This document shows positions 30,247 to 41,826 of a DNA stretch of 64,000 nucleotides, in pieces. The translations under genes were made by a program, and so were the position numbers. The stretch is taken from contig CAAFGG010000048.1 of assembly GCA_900762325.1 (NCBI GenBank), positions 19,528 to 83,527 on the forward strand, given 5' to 3'. Within the stretch, counting starts at the first letter, position 1. Each line of letters begins with the position of its first letter. The notes below the pieces were generated by a model. It was given only the letters and a program-made list of their open reading frames with translations, did not search any database and was not told the DNA's origin. The DNA is from an uncultured Collinsella sp. Lineage in GTDB: Bacteria; Actinomycetota; Coriobacteriia; Coriobacteriales; Coriobacteriaceae.

Positions 30247-30390
30247 CTATTGTCCCACATGCGACATGGCCCACAGCATCGCAATACAAAGCACCGCCAT
30301 CAATCCCGTGCACACAGTAGCGATCACGGAATCACTCATGCGCCTTCCCAACGACCGCGCCTCACGTACCTGCTCTGCTCCGTACATCAT
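30247..30390 (-). CDS. 47-aa small membrane protein (not in ORF track)
   Basis: AGGAGGAACC-ATG; MMYGAEQVREARSLGRRMSDSVIATVCTGLMAVLCIAMLWAMSHVGQ*. Confidence 0.65.
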   Translation of the reverse strand: MMYGAEQVREARSLGRRMSDSVIATVCTGLMAVLCIAMLWAMSHVGQ

Positions 30391-30617
30391 GGTTCCTCCT
30401 TCGGTCTAGCTCTTACCATGGCCCCATCATCGCAGCGCCGCGCATACGCTGCCATCGATTTGGCTTACGCCCAGCTTTCCTTTTTGAAAGGTTGGACCGC
30501 ACAGGCAAGAGACGCTTTCAAACGCATGCATCGCCCCGTTGAACTACAATGTGCTTCACCATATGTGCAGTACATTGGGTGCGCCAAGTTGGCGTACTCG
30601 TATCGAAAGGACCAGCC

Positions 30618-31019
30618 ATGAGCTTCACTCGCAAGACTCTCAAAATCCTTGCTCTCATCTACTTTGTTTTGGGCATCGCCAGCCTCGTCACCGCCGGCAT
30701 CGGTATCGCCACGGGCGGTCTCGATTCCACGTACGGTTCGTACGCCACGCTCGCAGCGGTCGTGCTTATCGCCAAGGGTCTCGTCGACCTTGCCGCAGGC
30801 GTCGCCGGTATCAAGGGCGCCAACAAGCCTTCGCAGGTGGACGGCGCGTTTAAGCTCGGTATTGTTGCCGCGGTCGCCACGCTTGCCCAAGCGGTGCTCA
30901 CGCTTCCCGCGTTTGGCGGCGACGCCATCAACTTTGGCGCCTTTGTCATCGTGGTGTACGACCTGTTCTTTGTTCAGCAGGCACACGCCGTTAAGGCCGA
31001 GAACAAGGACCGCCTGTAA
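30618..31019 (+). CDS. 4-TM membrane protein
   Basis: AAGGA RBS, hydrophobic helices, host-like codon usage. Confidence 0.8.
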   Translation: MSFTRKTLKILALIYFVLGIASLVTAGIGIATGGLDSTYGSYATLAAVVLIAKGLVDLAAGVAGIKGANKPSQVDGAFKLGIVAAVATLAQAVLTLPAFGGDAINFGAFVIVVYDLFFVQQAHAVKAENKDRL

Positions 31020-31056
31020 GCGCTCGCTTCTCATAGCCTCTGCAGCCAAGCAACTA

Positions 31057-31093
31057 AAAAGGGCCGATCGCGCATCTCCGCGGTCGGCCCTTT
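31057..31093. terminator. Intrinsic terminator
   Basis: aaaagggccgatcgcg..cgcggtcggcccttt. Confidence 0.75.
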
Positions 31094-31100
31094 ACGTTTG

Positions 31101-31146
31101 CCCAGATAAAACCTACCAAGATAAACCTGTCCCTTTTTTGGCAGGT
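31101..31146. repeat. REP-like family C copy
   Basis: cccagataaaacctaccaagataaacctgtcccttttttggcaggt, near reverse complement of 11773-11817. Confidence 0.85.
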
Positions 31147-31148
31147 TG

Positions 31149-31964
31149 TTAGCTGTGGCGGTACTCGGCGATGATGAAGTCGATGTCGGTTTGAAGGGTA
31201 TCCAAATTTGCCAGGCGCTCTTTGTCGGCAGGGCGCGTGCGGTAGTAGTACGGCGTCATCTGGAACACCGCCTCGATGTCGGCCTGGGTCTGGAGCGTTA
31301 TGTTCGCAGACACCCGCTGCGTTCCTACTAACTCGAGCTCGGTAGTCTTCGGCAGCTTCTCGTCATTGAGATATGGCGTGTCGTAGAGCACCTCTTTGAG
31401 GCCAAACAGATGCCGAGCACCCGGCACCACGGTATAGAGCGAGCCCTCTGGCGCCAGCACGCGGGCAAATTCGCGCTCGTTAAAGGGGGCAAAGAGCTCG
31501 GTCACCATATCGAAGGCGCCATCGGCCACGGGGATAGCCTTCATGTTGGCCACGAAGTAGGTCGCATCGCCGCGCTTGGCGGCCAGGCGCACCATCTCTT
31601 TGCCCAGGTCGAAACCGTAAGCATCTACGCCCGGCACCGCACCCATGGCGCTGGTGTAGTAGCCCTCGCCACAGCAAATATCGAGCAACGTCATGGGGCA
31701 GTTCGTTGACGCGGCACGACCAGACACCCGCTCGCGCACCAGCTCGACCATCGCATCGCGCAACGGCGCATAGTAACCGCGGTTCAGAAAGTCGCGACGG
31801 CTGCGTGCCTGCGACTTGGGATCGCCCATGGAGTCACCGCTCTTGGACGAGCGCAGCAGATAGAGATAGCCCTCGCGCGCACGGTCAAATCGGTGTCCGC
31901 CCGCGCATGCAGCACCGCGCTCGTCGTCCACCAACGGTTCATGGCAAACGGGACACAACAACAT
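31149..31964 (-). CDS. rlmA: RlmA-type 23S rRNA m1G methyltransferase
   Basis: CPVC..C...HRFD.AREGY Zn finger, GEGYY, HL..LK..LY, MTPY. Confidence 0.85.
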   Translation of the reverse strand: MLLCPVCHEPLVDDERGAACAGGHRFDRAREGYLYLLRSSKSGDSMGDPKSQARSRRDFLNRGYYAPLRDAMVELVRERVSGRAASTNCPMTLLDICCGEGYYTSAMGAVPGVDAYGFDLGKEMVRLAAKRGDATYFVANMKAIPVADGAFDMVTELFAPFNEREFARVLAPEGSLYTVVPGARHLFGLKEVLYDTPYLNDEKLPKTTELELVGTQRVSANITLQTQADIEAVFQMTPYYYRTRPADKERLANLDTLQTDIDFIIAEYRHS

Positions 31965-32155
31965 GGCAACTCCTTAGCGCGAACAACACAACGCCCACCA
32001 TTGTCGCACGCCTTCCCCACCTAGTCATAGAAGAGACAAGGAGTGTCCCCAGCTGCCGGCAGAAAAGGAACGTCCCTAAGTGCCGGCTGGCTGCATTAGG
32101 AGTATCATCGTCTGCGCAAATAAGCACGAAAGAGCATATTAGAGATTGAGAGCGT

Positions 32156-33538
32156 ATGGCAGACACCGCATCTAAGCACATTGACATGACCACCGGCTCG
32201 CTATGGCGCAATATTCCCCTGTTCGCCTTCCCCGTGGCCGCCACGAGCATCTTGGAGCAGCTGTCGAACCTCATCGCCACGGTCATCATCGGTAACTTCT
32301 CGGGCGACCAGGGAACCCTCGCCATGGCGGCGGTCGGCTCCAATGTTCCGCTTACCAGTCTTATGCTCAACCTTTTTATTGGCATGTCGCTTGGCTCCAA
32401 CGTGGTCATCGCCAACGCTATCGGCCGCAACGATCAGAACATGGTCAAACGCGCCGTCCATACCTCGATTTTAATGGCGCTCGTGGGCTTTGTCGTCATC
32501 GCACTGGGCGAGATCTTTGCCGAGCCCATGCTCGCTGCGCTCAACGTGCCTGCCGAGACCATGCCGCTCGCTTCGCTCTACCTGCGCGTCTTTTTGCTCA
32601 GCATGCCCTCGATCTTGCTCTACAACTTTGAGGCCGCGATCTTCCGCTCCGTCGGCATCACCCGCATGCCGCTGCAGGCACTTGCCGTGTCCACCGTCCT
32701 CAACATTGGCCTGGACCTCATCTTTGTCCCCGTACTCCACTGGGGCGTCGCGGGCGTCGCCATCGCCACCGCCATCGCCTACACCGTCAGCGCCGCTACG
32801 CTCTTTATCCGCCTGCTCAAGACCGACTCCGTCGTCCGCGTCACCCCACGCGACTTAGGCTTAGACCCCGTCGCCCTCAAGCGCATCGTCAAGATCGGCC
32901 TGCCCGCCGGCATCCAAAGCGCTGTCTTTGCCGTCGCCAACATCATCATCCAGTCCGCCATCAACAGCTTGGGCACCGAGGTCATGGCGGCATCGAGCGC
33001 TGCCATGAGCCTGGAGTACGTGTGCTACAACCTGCTCAACAGCTTTAGCCAGGCCTGCACCACCTTTGTGGGACAAAACCACGGTGCCCGCCAAATCGAC
33101 CGCTGCACCAAGACGCTCAAGGTCTGCCTGGTCGAAGGCGGTATCGTCGCGCTCACCACCATCGTCATCATCGTAGGCTTGGGACGCGAAATCCTGGCGC
33201 TGTTCAACAGCGACCCCAACATCGTCTCGATCGGCTATATCCGCGTGTGCTCGATCTTCCCTGCCTACGCCTTTAGCATGTTCTACGAAAACATGTCAGG
33301 CTACCTGCGCGGCTTTGGCATCTCGCTCACGCCCGCCCTCATCACCATGATCTGCGTCTGCGGCATCCGCTTCTATTGGGTGTTCTGCGTGTTCCCGCAC
33401 TTCCGCACCTTTGCGAACATCATGATGGTCTACCCCATCAGCCTGGGCACCACGGCGTTCTTTATGGTCGTGGCGGTACTACTCTGCCACCCGGCACGCA
33501 CCTATCGCGCCACCCAAGCCAAAGCGACAGCCCGCTAA
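32156..33538 (+). CDS. MATE family efflux transporter
   Basis: DMTTGS, AAVGS, NIGLD, GVAGVAIAT, GQN.GA. Confidence 0.92.
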   Translation: MADTASKHIDMTTGSLWRNIPLFAFPVAATSILEQLSNLIATVIIGNFSGDQGTLAMAAVGSNVPLTSLMLNLFIGMSLGSNVVIANAIGRNDQNMVKRAVHTSILMALVGFVVIALGEIFAEPMLAALNVPAETMPLASLYLRVFLLSMPSILLYNFEAAIFRSVGITRMPLQALAVSTVLNIGLDLIFVPVLHWGVAGVAIATAIAYTVSAATLFIRLLKTDSVVRVTPRDLGLDPVALKRIVKIGLPAGIQSAVFAVANIIIQSAINSLGTEVMAASSAAMSLEYVCYNLLNSFSQACTTFVGQNHGARQIDRCTKTLKVCLVEGGIVALTTIVIIVGLGREILALFNSDPNIVSIGYIRVCSIFPAYAFSMFYENMSGYLRGFGISLTPALITMICVCGIRFYWVFCVFPHFRTFANIMMVYPISLGTTAFFMVVAVLLCHPARTYRATQAKATAR

Positions 33539-33565
33539 ATACTGCACTCAACGCCACGTCAGTCA

Positions 33566-34432
33566 TTAATTGACAATATGCGAGCTCATATAGTCGATAA
33601 AGCGCCTCGTGGCGATGGGCATGGTATCCCAGCTACGCCAGGCTGCCACTACGTCGCGCGAGGGGGCGTGCACGATGGGACGTACGCGAATATCGGCCCG
33701 CATGCCCTCAACGGTACGACGGTAGAGCATGCTCACGCCTAGGCCCTCCTCCACCATCGCCATAATGGTGTAGTCGTCGGTGACCTCGCTCGTCACGTGC
33801 GGCGACAGGCCATGCGCCGCGAATGCATCGAGCACCAGGCTCTGTTCGCCCTCATCCAGAAGCACAAACGGCTCGGAAGCCAGGTCGGCGAGCGTCACCT
33901 TTTCCTTTGCCGTCAGCGGATGCGTGGCCGGCAGCAATGCCACCAACTCGTCGTGATAGACCACGCGCTTCTCGAGCCCAGCGGTAAATCCGCGCGCCGT
34001 AAAGCAAAAGTCAACCACGCCATCGTGCACCCACTGGGCGTTGCGCGTGTAATCGCCCTGCTTGAGGGTAAAGTGCACGCCCGGGTGCAGAGCCCCAAAG
34101 TCGCGAATCACGCGCGGCAGCACGGTACGACTCACGTTGGTGAACGTCGCAATGCGAATATCAGTCGAAGAGAGCCCCAGCAGCTCCTGGCGCTTGCCCT
34201 CAAGCTCGGCCTCGGCAGTTACGATTTGGCGCAGATACGGCAGGTACTGTTTGCCGTCGCGCGTAAGCGACACACCCTGCTTGCCGCGCTCGATAAGCGT
34301 GGTACCCAGCTCGCGCTCGAGCGCCTTGACGGCCTGGCTCACCGCACTTTGCGTATAGCCTAGCTCGTCGGCCGCGCCCTTAAGACTGCCGCGATCGACC
34401 ACCATACACACAATCTGATACCGCGATGCCAT
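33566..34432 (-). CDS. LysR regulator divergent from DMT gene
   Basis: AADELGYTQSAVSQAVKALERELG. Confidence 0.92.
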   Translation of the reverse strand: MASRYQIVCMVVDRGSLKGAADELGYTQSAVSQAVKALERELGTTLIERGKQGVSLTRDGKQYLPYLRQIVTAEAELEGKRQELLGLSSTDIRIATFTNVSRTVLPRVIRDFGALHPGVHFTLKQGDYTRNAQWVHDGVVDFCFTARGFTAGLEKRVVYHDELVALLPATHPLTAKEKVTLADLASEPFVLLDEGEQSLVLDAFAAHGLSPHVTSEVTDDYTIMAMVEEGLGVSMLYRRTVEGMRADIRVRPIVHAPSRDVVAAWRSWDTMPIATRRFIDYMSSHIVN

Positions 34433-34591
34433 CGTGCCCCCCCCATCGATGTAACCGTAAAACGTTTTGCCGGGGCTTTTTCTTCCGACATTAGCATTTC
34501 TTAATCATACTGAAGATACATTCGCTTTACTACATCCAAATCTGGGAGCAGAATCCTTTTTACGAAACCGTTCTGTAACAAAAGGAGTCCC

Positions 34592-35494
34592 ATGGATCGC
34601 AAAAAAGCAATCGCGCTCTCATTTTCCGTTCCCGTCGCATGGGGCTTTTCGTACCCCCTCATGAAGATCGGCATGGACAGCATGAACGCCACGAGCATCG
34701 TTGCGCTGCGCTGCATCATCGCCTTTGTGGCCTGCCTGTTGCTCTTCCACAAGCACGCGTTGCGCATCAACCGCGACCTTATGGTCCGTGTCGCCATCAT
34801 CGGCGCCATTATGGCAACCGAGCTCACCTGCATGTGCCTGGGCTCCAGCCTCACCTCCGCCTCCACCGCCGGCTTTTTGCAGAGCCTGACGGTCGTGATT
34901 GTGCCGTTTGCCAACGCGGCCCTGCTGCGCCGCGTCCCCGAGCGCAAAGTGCTCATCGGCACGGCTATCGTCACCTGCGGCATGCTGCTGCTCTCGGGCG
35001 CCGACTTCACCAGCCTGAACCCGGGCGCGCTCATCATGCTGCTCTCCGCCTTTGTCTATGCCGGTCATATCATTGTGGCGAAGCGCTTTGTCGAAGAAGT
35101 CGATCCGCTGTCCCTGGGCGTTTGGCAGCTGGGCTTTGGCGGCCTGTTCTCGGGCATTGCCGCATGCGTCTTTGGCGGTTTCGCACTTCCCAGCACGCCC
35201 AGCGAGGTCGTGGTCGTCGTCGCACTCGCACTCATCTGCTCTGCTTATGGCTTTATCACCCAAACGCTCGTGCAGCCCCACGTGCCCGCCGAGACCACCG
35301 GCTTCGCTTTCTCGCTCGAGCCAGTCTGCTCCGCCGTCTTCTCGTTCTTCCTGGTCGGCGAGGTTCTGAGCCCCATCGCCTTCTTTGGCGCCGCCCTCAT
35401 CCTCACCGGCGTCATGGTGGCAACCGTCGAGCTTCCGCGGCTTCGCGCACATGGACAGGCTCGCATGGCAGGAGCGCCCGAGCGCGTCTCGTAG
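34592..35494 (+). CDS. DMT/EamA family transporter
   Basis: WGFSYP, SLEPV..GE; about 10 TM. Confidence 0.88.
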   Translation: MDRKKAIALSFSVPVAWGFSYPLMKIGMDSMNATSIVALRCIIAFVACLLLFHKHALRINRDLMVRVAIIGAIMATELTCMCLGSSLTSASTAGFLQSLTVVIVPFANAALLRRVPERKVLIGTAIVTCGMLLLSGADFTSLNPGALIMLLSAFVYAGHIIVAKRFVEEVDPLSLGVWQLGFGGLFSGIAACVFGGFALPSTPSEVVVVVALALICSAYGFITQTLVQPHVPAETTGFAFSLEPVCSAVFSFFLVGEVLSPIAFFGAALILTGVMVATVELPRLRAHGQARMAGAPERVS

Positions 35495-35582
35495 ACCCCA
35501 CTCTTTATGCAGCCGCGGCATAAAGGCAACCGGTGCGCCTTTACAATAGATGCCAACAGAGCATCTGCCATAAAGGAGCCCC

Positions 35583-36308
35583 ATGGACACCGCAACTCGC
35601 GACCGCAACATAGCAACTTGGCTGGGCGATGCGCCGCAGCCGGTACGTGACACTACGAACCAGCTGCTCGAGCGCATCGCCCTTTTGCGTGCCGAGCAGA
35701 CCATCTACCCGGCACAAGACGACATCCTCAATGCCCTCGCCTACACGCCGGCCGACCAGGTCAAGGTTGTCATCTTGGGTCAAGACCCCTATCACGGACC
35801 CAACCAGGCCATGGGGCTGTCGTTCTCGGTCCCCGCGACGCAAACCAAGTTGCCGCCGAGCCTGCGCAACATCTACAAGGAACTCAATGCCGATTTGGGC
35901 TACCCCATTCCCGCCACAGGAGATCTAACGCCATGGGCACAACAGGGCGTCCTGCTTCTCAACACTACGCTCACCGTGCGCGAGCATGCCGCGAACTCGC
36001 ACGCCAAGCTGGGCTGGAGCACGCTCACCGACTACGTTATCGAACGCTGCTGCCAGCTGCCCCAGCCGGTAGTCTTTTTGGCATGGGGCCGCTTTGCCCA
36101 GCAGATGGTCGAAGGTAAGCTCGTCGCAACTGGTGCGGGCAAGGCAACCGACAAGTTCTGCCTGGCCTCCACGCACCCCTCGCCGCTTTCGGCCAACCGT
36201 GCCACAGCAGAACTCCCCGCTTTTATGGGGTCGCGCCCCTTCTCCGCTGCCAATCGGCTACTCGAACAGCACGGCTCGACCCCCGTCAACTGGACTTGCC
36301 TCGACTAA
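35583..36308 (+). CDS. ung: Uracil-DNA glycosylase
   Basis: GQDPYH, PPSLRNI, LLLNTTLTV, HPSPLS. Confidence 0.95.
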   Translation: MDTATRDRNIATWLGDAPQPVRDTTNQLLERIALLRAEQTIYPAQDDILNALAYTPADQVKVVILGQDPYHGPNQAMGLSFSVPATQTKLPPSLRNIYKELNADLGYPIPATGDLTPWAQQGVLLLNTTLTVREHAANSHAKLGWSTLTDYVIERCCQLPQPVVFLAWGRFAQQMVEGKLVATGAGKATDKFCLASTHPSPLSANRATAELPAFMGSRPFSAANRLLEQHGSTPVNWTCLD

Positions 36309-36322
36309 CAATCGATATACCA

Positions 36323-36357
36323 AAAACGCGCCCGACGGCATTCCATCGGGCGCGTTT
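36323..36357. terminator. Terminator hairpin between ung and SDR
   Basis: aaacgcgcccga..tcgggcgcgttt. Confidence 0.75.
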
Positions 36358-36358
36358 C

Positions 36359-37039
36359 CTATTCGGGCCAAATAAATTGCGTGCGGCCGGCCTCGCCGCC
36401 ATCGATCAACAGGCTCTGCCCGGTCATAAACCGGTTGGTCACGCCCACAAAGTAGATCCACTCGGCGATCTCTTGGGCAGTGGCCCAGCGCTTAAGCGGC
36501 GTGAGCTCCATAATCTGGCTCCACAGGTGTTCGTCTTCCATCACGCAACGGTTGAGCGGCGTGATAACGCCACCCGGGTCCACACTGTTGGCGATGGCCT
36601 GCGGCGCCAGACGGTTTGCAAGGTTCTTGGTGTAGGCGATAACGCCGCCCTTGCTGGCGGCATAGGCGGGAAACTCCGATCCCGTATGTCCACTCGCCGA
36701 CCCCACATTGACCACGGATTTGATAGCCGGTGCCGGCTTGGCGACAAGCCCCTCCCCCACAAAAGCGTAGCGCTCGGTCACGTTAATGGTGCCATACAGG
36801 TTGGCGGCGATGTCGTCGGCGGAATCCTGCGTACCGGCAACGTTCACGATTACCTGGGGTTCAAGATCGTCTGGAAACGAGTCCGGCTCGCGGACATCAA
36901 CGATCAAATGGCGGTAGCGCTCGTGTTCGATCGCCGCCGGCAGCAGATCAAAGCCCACGACCTCGTGGCCCTCGTCCAAAAAGCGCTGTACGCACGCGGC
37001 TCCGATACCGCCCGAAGCGCCCGTGATCAAAACCCGCAT
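36359..37039 (-). CDS. Classical SDR oxidoreductase
   Basis: TGASGGIG, NVAG, S..YAASK, PG, TGQ.L.IDGG; starts 10 nt after the transporter stop with AAGGAG RBS. Confidence 0.92.
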   Translation of the reverse strand: MRVLITGASGGIGAACVQRFLDEGHEVVGFDLLPAAIEHERYRHLIVDVREPDSFPDDLEPQVIVNVAGTQDSADDIAANLYGTINVTERYAFVGEGLVAKPAPAIKSVVNVGSASGHTGSEFPAYAASKGGVIAYTKNLANRLAPQAIANSVDPGGVITPLNRCVMEDEHLWSQIMELTPLKRWATAQEIAEWIYFVGVTNRFMTGQSLLIDGGEAGRTQFIWPE

Positions 37040-37048
37040 ACTTGCTCC

Positions 37049-37771
37049 TTAGGCGGTTGCATGGCGCTCGAGGTACTCCGAGCCCACATTCTCGCGCTCC
37101 CAGCCGCGCACGACCTTGTAGCCCACGGGGCTCAGGAAGACCTCGCACAGCAGCTCGGCGACAGCGCCGGTCAGCGAGCACATAAGGACCTGCACCCAGG
37201 TCCAACCAAAGAACGTGTGACTCACCACAATGGCAAAGACCAGGTTGTCGATAAACTGGCCAACACCCGTAGACACATAGGAGCGGAAGGCGAAGCTCGC
37301 AAAGTTATTCTTTTTGAGCATACGGCCGAGCGACTGGTTGAGCGTGGAATTAACCACGGCAGAAACGAGCATTGCCAGCGAAGAGCCCAGCACCACGTAC
37401 CAGGTGCCGCCGATGGTGGCGTTAAGGGCGGTGTTGACCTCGATCATGCCGGTGTCGTAGTAGGCGCCCCACATACCGGGCGTGAGCGAGCATGCCCAAA
37501 AGCACAGGCTCACGGCCAGGTTGACCAGCAGCGCGAGGATAGAGATTTTGATGGATGCCTTGGCACCAAAGCGCTTGCAGATCATGTCCTGGCACAAAAA
37601 AGAAACCCAGCTCACCACAAAGCCGCAATCGAGTGCCAGATACGGCAAGCTGATAAGCTCTTTGTTGGCCAGCAGGTTCATCATGATGACGCTCACGAAA
37701 AACAGCGAAACCGTTGCCGCGGGAATGCTCCGCAACAGGACTTTATAGTCCTCCATGACCTTCTTGATCAT
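37049..37771 (-). CDS. VUT/YhhQ-family queuosine precursor transporter
   Basis: NLLANK, F..QD...FG, R..ST..GQF.DN.VF; upstream riboswitch. Confidence 0.85.
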   Translation of the reverse strand: MIKKVMEDYKVLLRSIPAATVSLFFVSVIMMNLLANKELISLPYLALDCGFVVSWVSFLCQDMICKRFGAKASIKISILALLVNLAVSLCFWACSLTPGMWGAYYDTGMIEVNTALNATIGGTWYVVLGSSLAMLVSAVVNSTLNQSLGRMLKKNNFASFAFRSYVSTGVGQFIDNLVFAIVVSHTFFGWTWVQVLMCSLTGAVAELLCEVFLSPVGYKVVRGWERENVGSEYLERHATA

Positions 37772-37777
37772 TATGTA

Positions 37778-37826
37778 CTCCTTTGGTTTTAGGTTTAACG
37801 AGCAGGATATCGGACCCGAACTGCTC
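37778..37826 (-). ncRNA. preQ1 class I riboswitch (type I-like)
   Basis: GAGCAG-UUCGGGUCCGAUAUC-CUGCUC then A-rich tail GUUAAACCUAAAACC abutting AAGGAG RBS. Confidence 0.75.
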
Positions 37827-37927
37827 GGACGCCCCGGTCTTGAGACGACGGTGGGTATGATAGCCGCTCACACGGCATCAGGCAAGCAAACGGCGCGGCA
37901 GCCCCGCAGGCCCACCGCGCCGATGCG

Positions 37928-39541
<1,614 letters not shown>

Positions 39542-39695
39542 GCGGATCCTTTCTTGCATTGAGTGCATTACGTCGTTGTAACCGCACTATTGTAGCCGCG
39601 AAATGCTGCAGCAGGGCACCTATCAGGACAAATTCATCAGTTGGGGCCTGGGTAGCCGGCCCAATCCGTATTTGCCTCTTGCATAACTGTGCATA

Positions 39696-39729
39696 GTGTA
39701 TATATACTGTGATTACCGGTTATATACAC
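39696..39729. promoter_or_regulatory. YtrA-type GntR operator candidate
   Basis: GTGTATATA-N16-TATATACAC perfect IR upstream of the GntR gene. Confidence 0.6.
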
Positions 39730-39756
39730 GTGTAGCCCAACAGCTAAGGAGCCGCT

Positions 39757-40137
39757 GTGGACATCATCCTATCCAATTCGAGCGACAAGCCCATCTACGA
39801 GCAGATAACCTCGCAAGTCAAAGTTCAGATCTTATCGGGCACGCTCGCTGCGGGAGCCAAACTCCCCAGCATCCGTGCACTCGCGAGCGATCTTGGCGTG
39901 AGCGTCATCACCACAAAGCGCGCCTACGCCGACCTGGAGCAGCTCGGGTTTATCTGCACCGTGCAGGGCAAGGGCTGTTTTGTCGCCGAGGGCAACCAGG
40001 AGCTCTTGCGCGAAAACCAGCTCTGCCATATCGAAGAGCTGCTTACGAAAGCGGCGAGCCAAGCCGAAACCCTGGGTGTCACGCGCGACAAGCTGCACGA
40101 GATGCTCGACCTGGTAGCCCCCGAAACCATGCAGTAG
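39757..40137 (+). CDS. GntR (YtrA subfamily) regulator
   Basis: PIYEQI, LPSIRALA..LGVS..T.KRAY. Confidence 0.92.
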   Translation: MDIILSNSSDKPIYEQITSQVKVQILSGTLAAGAKLPSIRALASDLGVSVITTKRAYADLEQLGFICTVQGKGCFVAEGNQELLRENQLCHIEELLTKAASQAETLGVTRDKLHEMLDLVAPETMQ

Positions 40138-40160
40138 CCATCTGCAAGAAAGGCTATACC

Positions 40161-41042
40161 ATGCAATATTTGCTAGAAATCAAAGGTGCATCGCGCCATG
40201 TGAGCGATCGCTTTTCGCTGCGCGACGTCACGCTTGCCGTGGAGCCTGGCCAGATCGTCGGCTTTGTAGGCGCAAACGGTGCCGGCAAAACAACGACGAT
40301 TCGCGCCGCGCTCGGGCTTATAAAGCTCGATGCCGGTGAGGTGCACCTGTTTGGGCAGCGCTGTGGCGCCGACGCGCCCGATGGGTCGCAACGCCATCTA
40401 CGCTCCCGCGTCGGTCTTGTCCTGGACACGTGCCCCTTCCCCTCCACGCTCAAGGTGGGCCAGGTCGAGTCGCTCGTAGGCCCGGCGTACCCCGCGTGGG
40501 AGCGCGAAACGTTCGCCGGATTCATCAACCGATTTGGCCTCGATCCCAAGACAAAGGTCAAGGACCTCTCCCGCGGCATGGGCATGAAACTGCAGCTTGC
40601 CTGTGCACTCAGCCACAATGCCAAGCTGCTCGTTTTGGACGAAGCCACCGCGGGCCTCGATCCCATGGCACGCGAGGAACTGCTTGATGAGCTGCTTGCC
40701 TTTGTCGCCGACGGCCAGCACAGCGTGCTGCTCTCGAGCCACATTACGTCCGACCTCGATCGCACCGCTGATCGCGTCATCTGCATCGATAATGGCGCGA
40801 TTATTTTTGACCTGCCGCGCGAGGACATTACCGACCGCGCCGGCATCGCCCACTGTACCCAAGCACAGGCTGCCGAGCTTATGACTTGCGTCGAAGGCGC
40901 CCGTGCCGTCCACCACGCCTATAGCGTGGACGTGCTCGTGCCCAACCGTCGCGAAACGCTCGAGGCCTTTCCCGAGATTCCCTGCGACCGGGCAACCATT
41001 GATGACTATCTTCGCCTCATGCTGAAAGGGGCTTCGAAATGA
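40161..41042 (+). CDS. ABC transporter ATP-binding protein
   Basis: GANGAGKTT, LSRGM, LDEATAGLDP, SSH. Confidence 0.92.
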   Translation: MQYLLEIKGASRHVSDRFSLRDVTLAVEPGQIVGFVGANGAGKTTTIRAALGLIKLDAGEVHLFGQRCGADAPDGSQRHLRSRVGLVLDTCPFPSTLKVGQVESLVGPAYPAWERETFAGFINRFGLDPKTKVKDLSRGMGMKLQLACALSHNAKLLVLDEATAGLDPMAREELLDELLAFVADGQHSVLLSSHITSDLDRTADRVICIDNGAIIFDLPREDITDRAGIAHCTQAQAAELMTCVEGARAVHHAYSVDVLVPNRRETLEAFPEIPCDRATIDDYLRLMLKGASK

Positions 41043-41737
41043 AACGCGCCTTTATGTCCGAGCTCGCCATCGTTCGCACGCTCATCCCGAGCATCGCGGG
41101 CGTCGGCCTGTTCATCTTCGTCGTGTTGACGCTCGCCAACGCGTCGGATGGCGATTCCGGTATGAGCGCCGGTGCCTGCGCCGTCAGTGCCATGTCGCCC
41201 ATCATAATCATGAACTCGCTGGCAGGCTTCGACAATCAAAATGGCTGGGAGCGTTATCGAGCAACGTTGCCCTTCTCGCGCAAAGACATTATTTGCGCAC
41301 GCTACCTGTGCATCGTTGTCTTCTCGGCCATCATGGCCTGCGCCGCCGTGCTTTTGAACATCATCGCCCTTCCGTTCTTCAACAGCGCGGGCGTGGCCTC
41401 GACAGGACAAACCATCTTTGAGATCGCAATCGCCTCGGCAGCATCGATGCTCATCTCCCTCATGATGGTGTTTTTGGCGCAGCCGCTGTTCTTTCGATTT
41501 GGACACATGGAGGCGCTGCGCCTATCCGTTGGCCTGTTTGCCCTACTCGGATGCCTTGCCATGGCAGCGCTGAGCTCCTCCAACCCCATTAGCAACTGGC
41601 TCATGTCGATTGCCGGAGCGAATCCCGATCCTGCCGTTCTGGGCTGTCTGTGCACAGGAATTGCCGTGCTGGCCCTCGCGCTATGTGCAATCAGCTGCAC
41701 CGTCAGCACCAAGGTTTATCGAGTACGCGACCTGTAG
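41039..41737 (+). CDS. ABC-2 type permease
   Basis: GWE....TLP.SRKDII.ARY; 6 TM; overlaps the ATPase stop. Confidence 0.85.
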   Translation: MKRAFMSELAIVRTLIPSIAGVGLFIFVVLTLANASDGDSGMSAGACAVSAMSPIIIMNSLAGFDNQNGWERYRATLPFSRKDIICARYLCIVVFSAIMACAAVLLNIIALPFFNSAGVASTGQTIFEIAIASAASMLISLMMVFLAQPLFFRFGHMEALRLSVGLFALLGCLAMAALSSSNPISNWLMSIAGANPDPAVLGCLCTGIAVLALALCAISCTVSTKVYRVRDL

Positions 41738-41826
41738 TCACGCGAGTCTCAATCCACGAAGGGCGCGATCGCCCCCCTCCCCGCAAATCCGTGGCAAACG
41801 GCATGTCCCTGGCGTGCGCCACCGTA

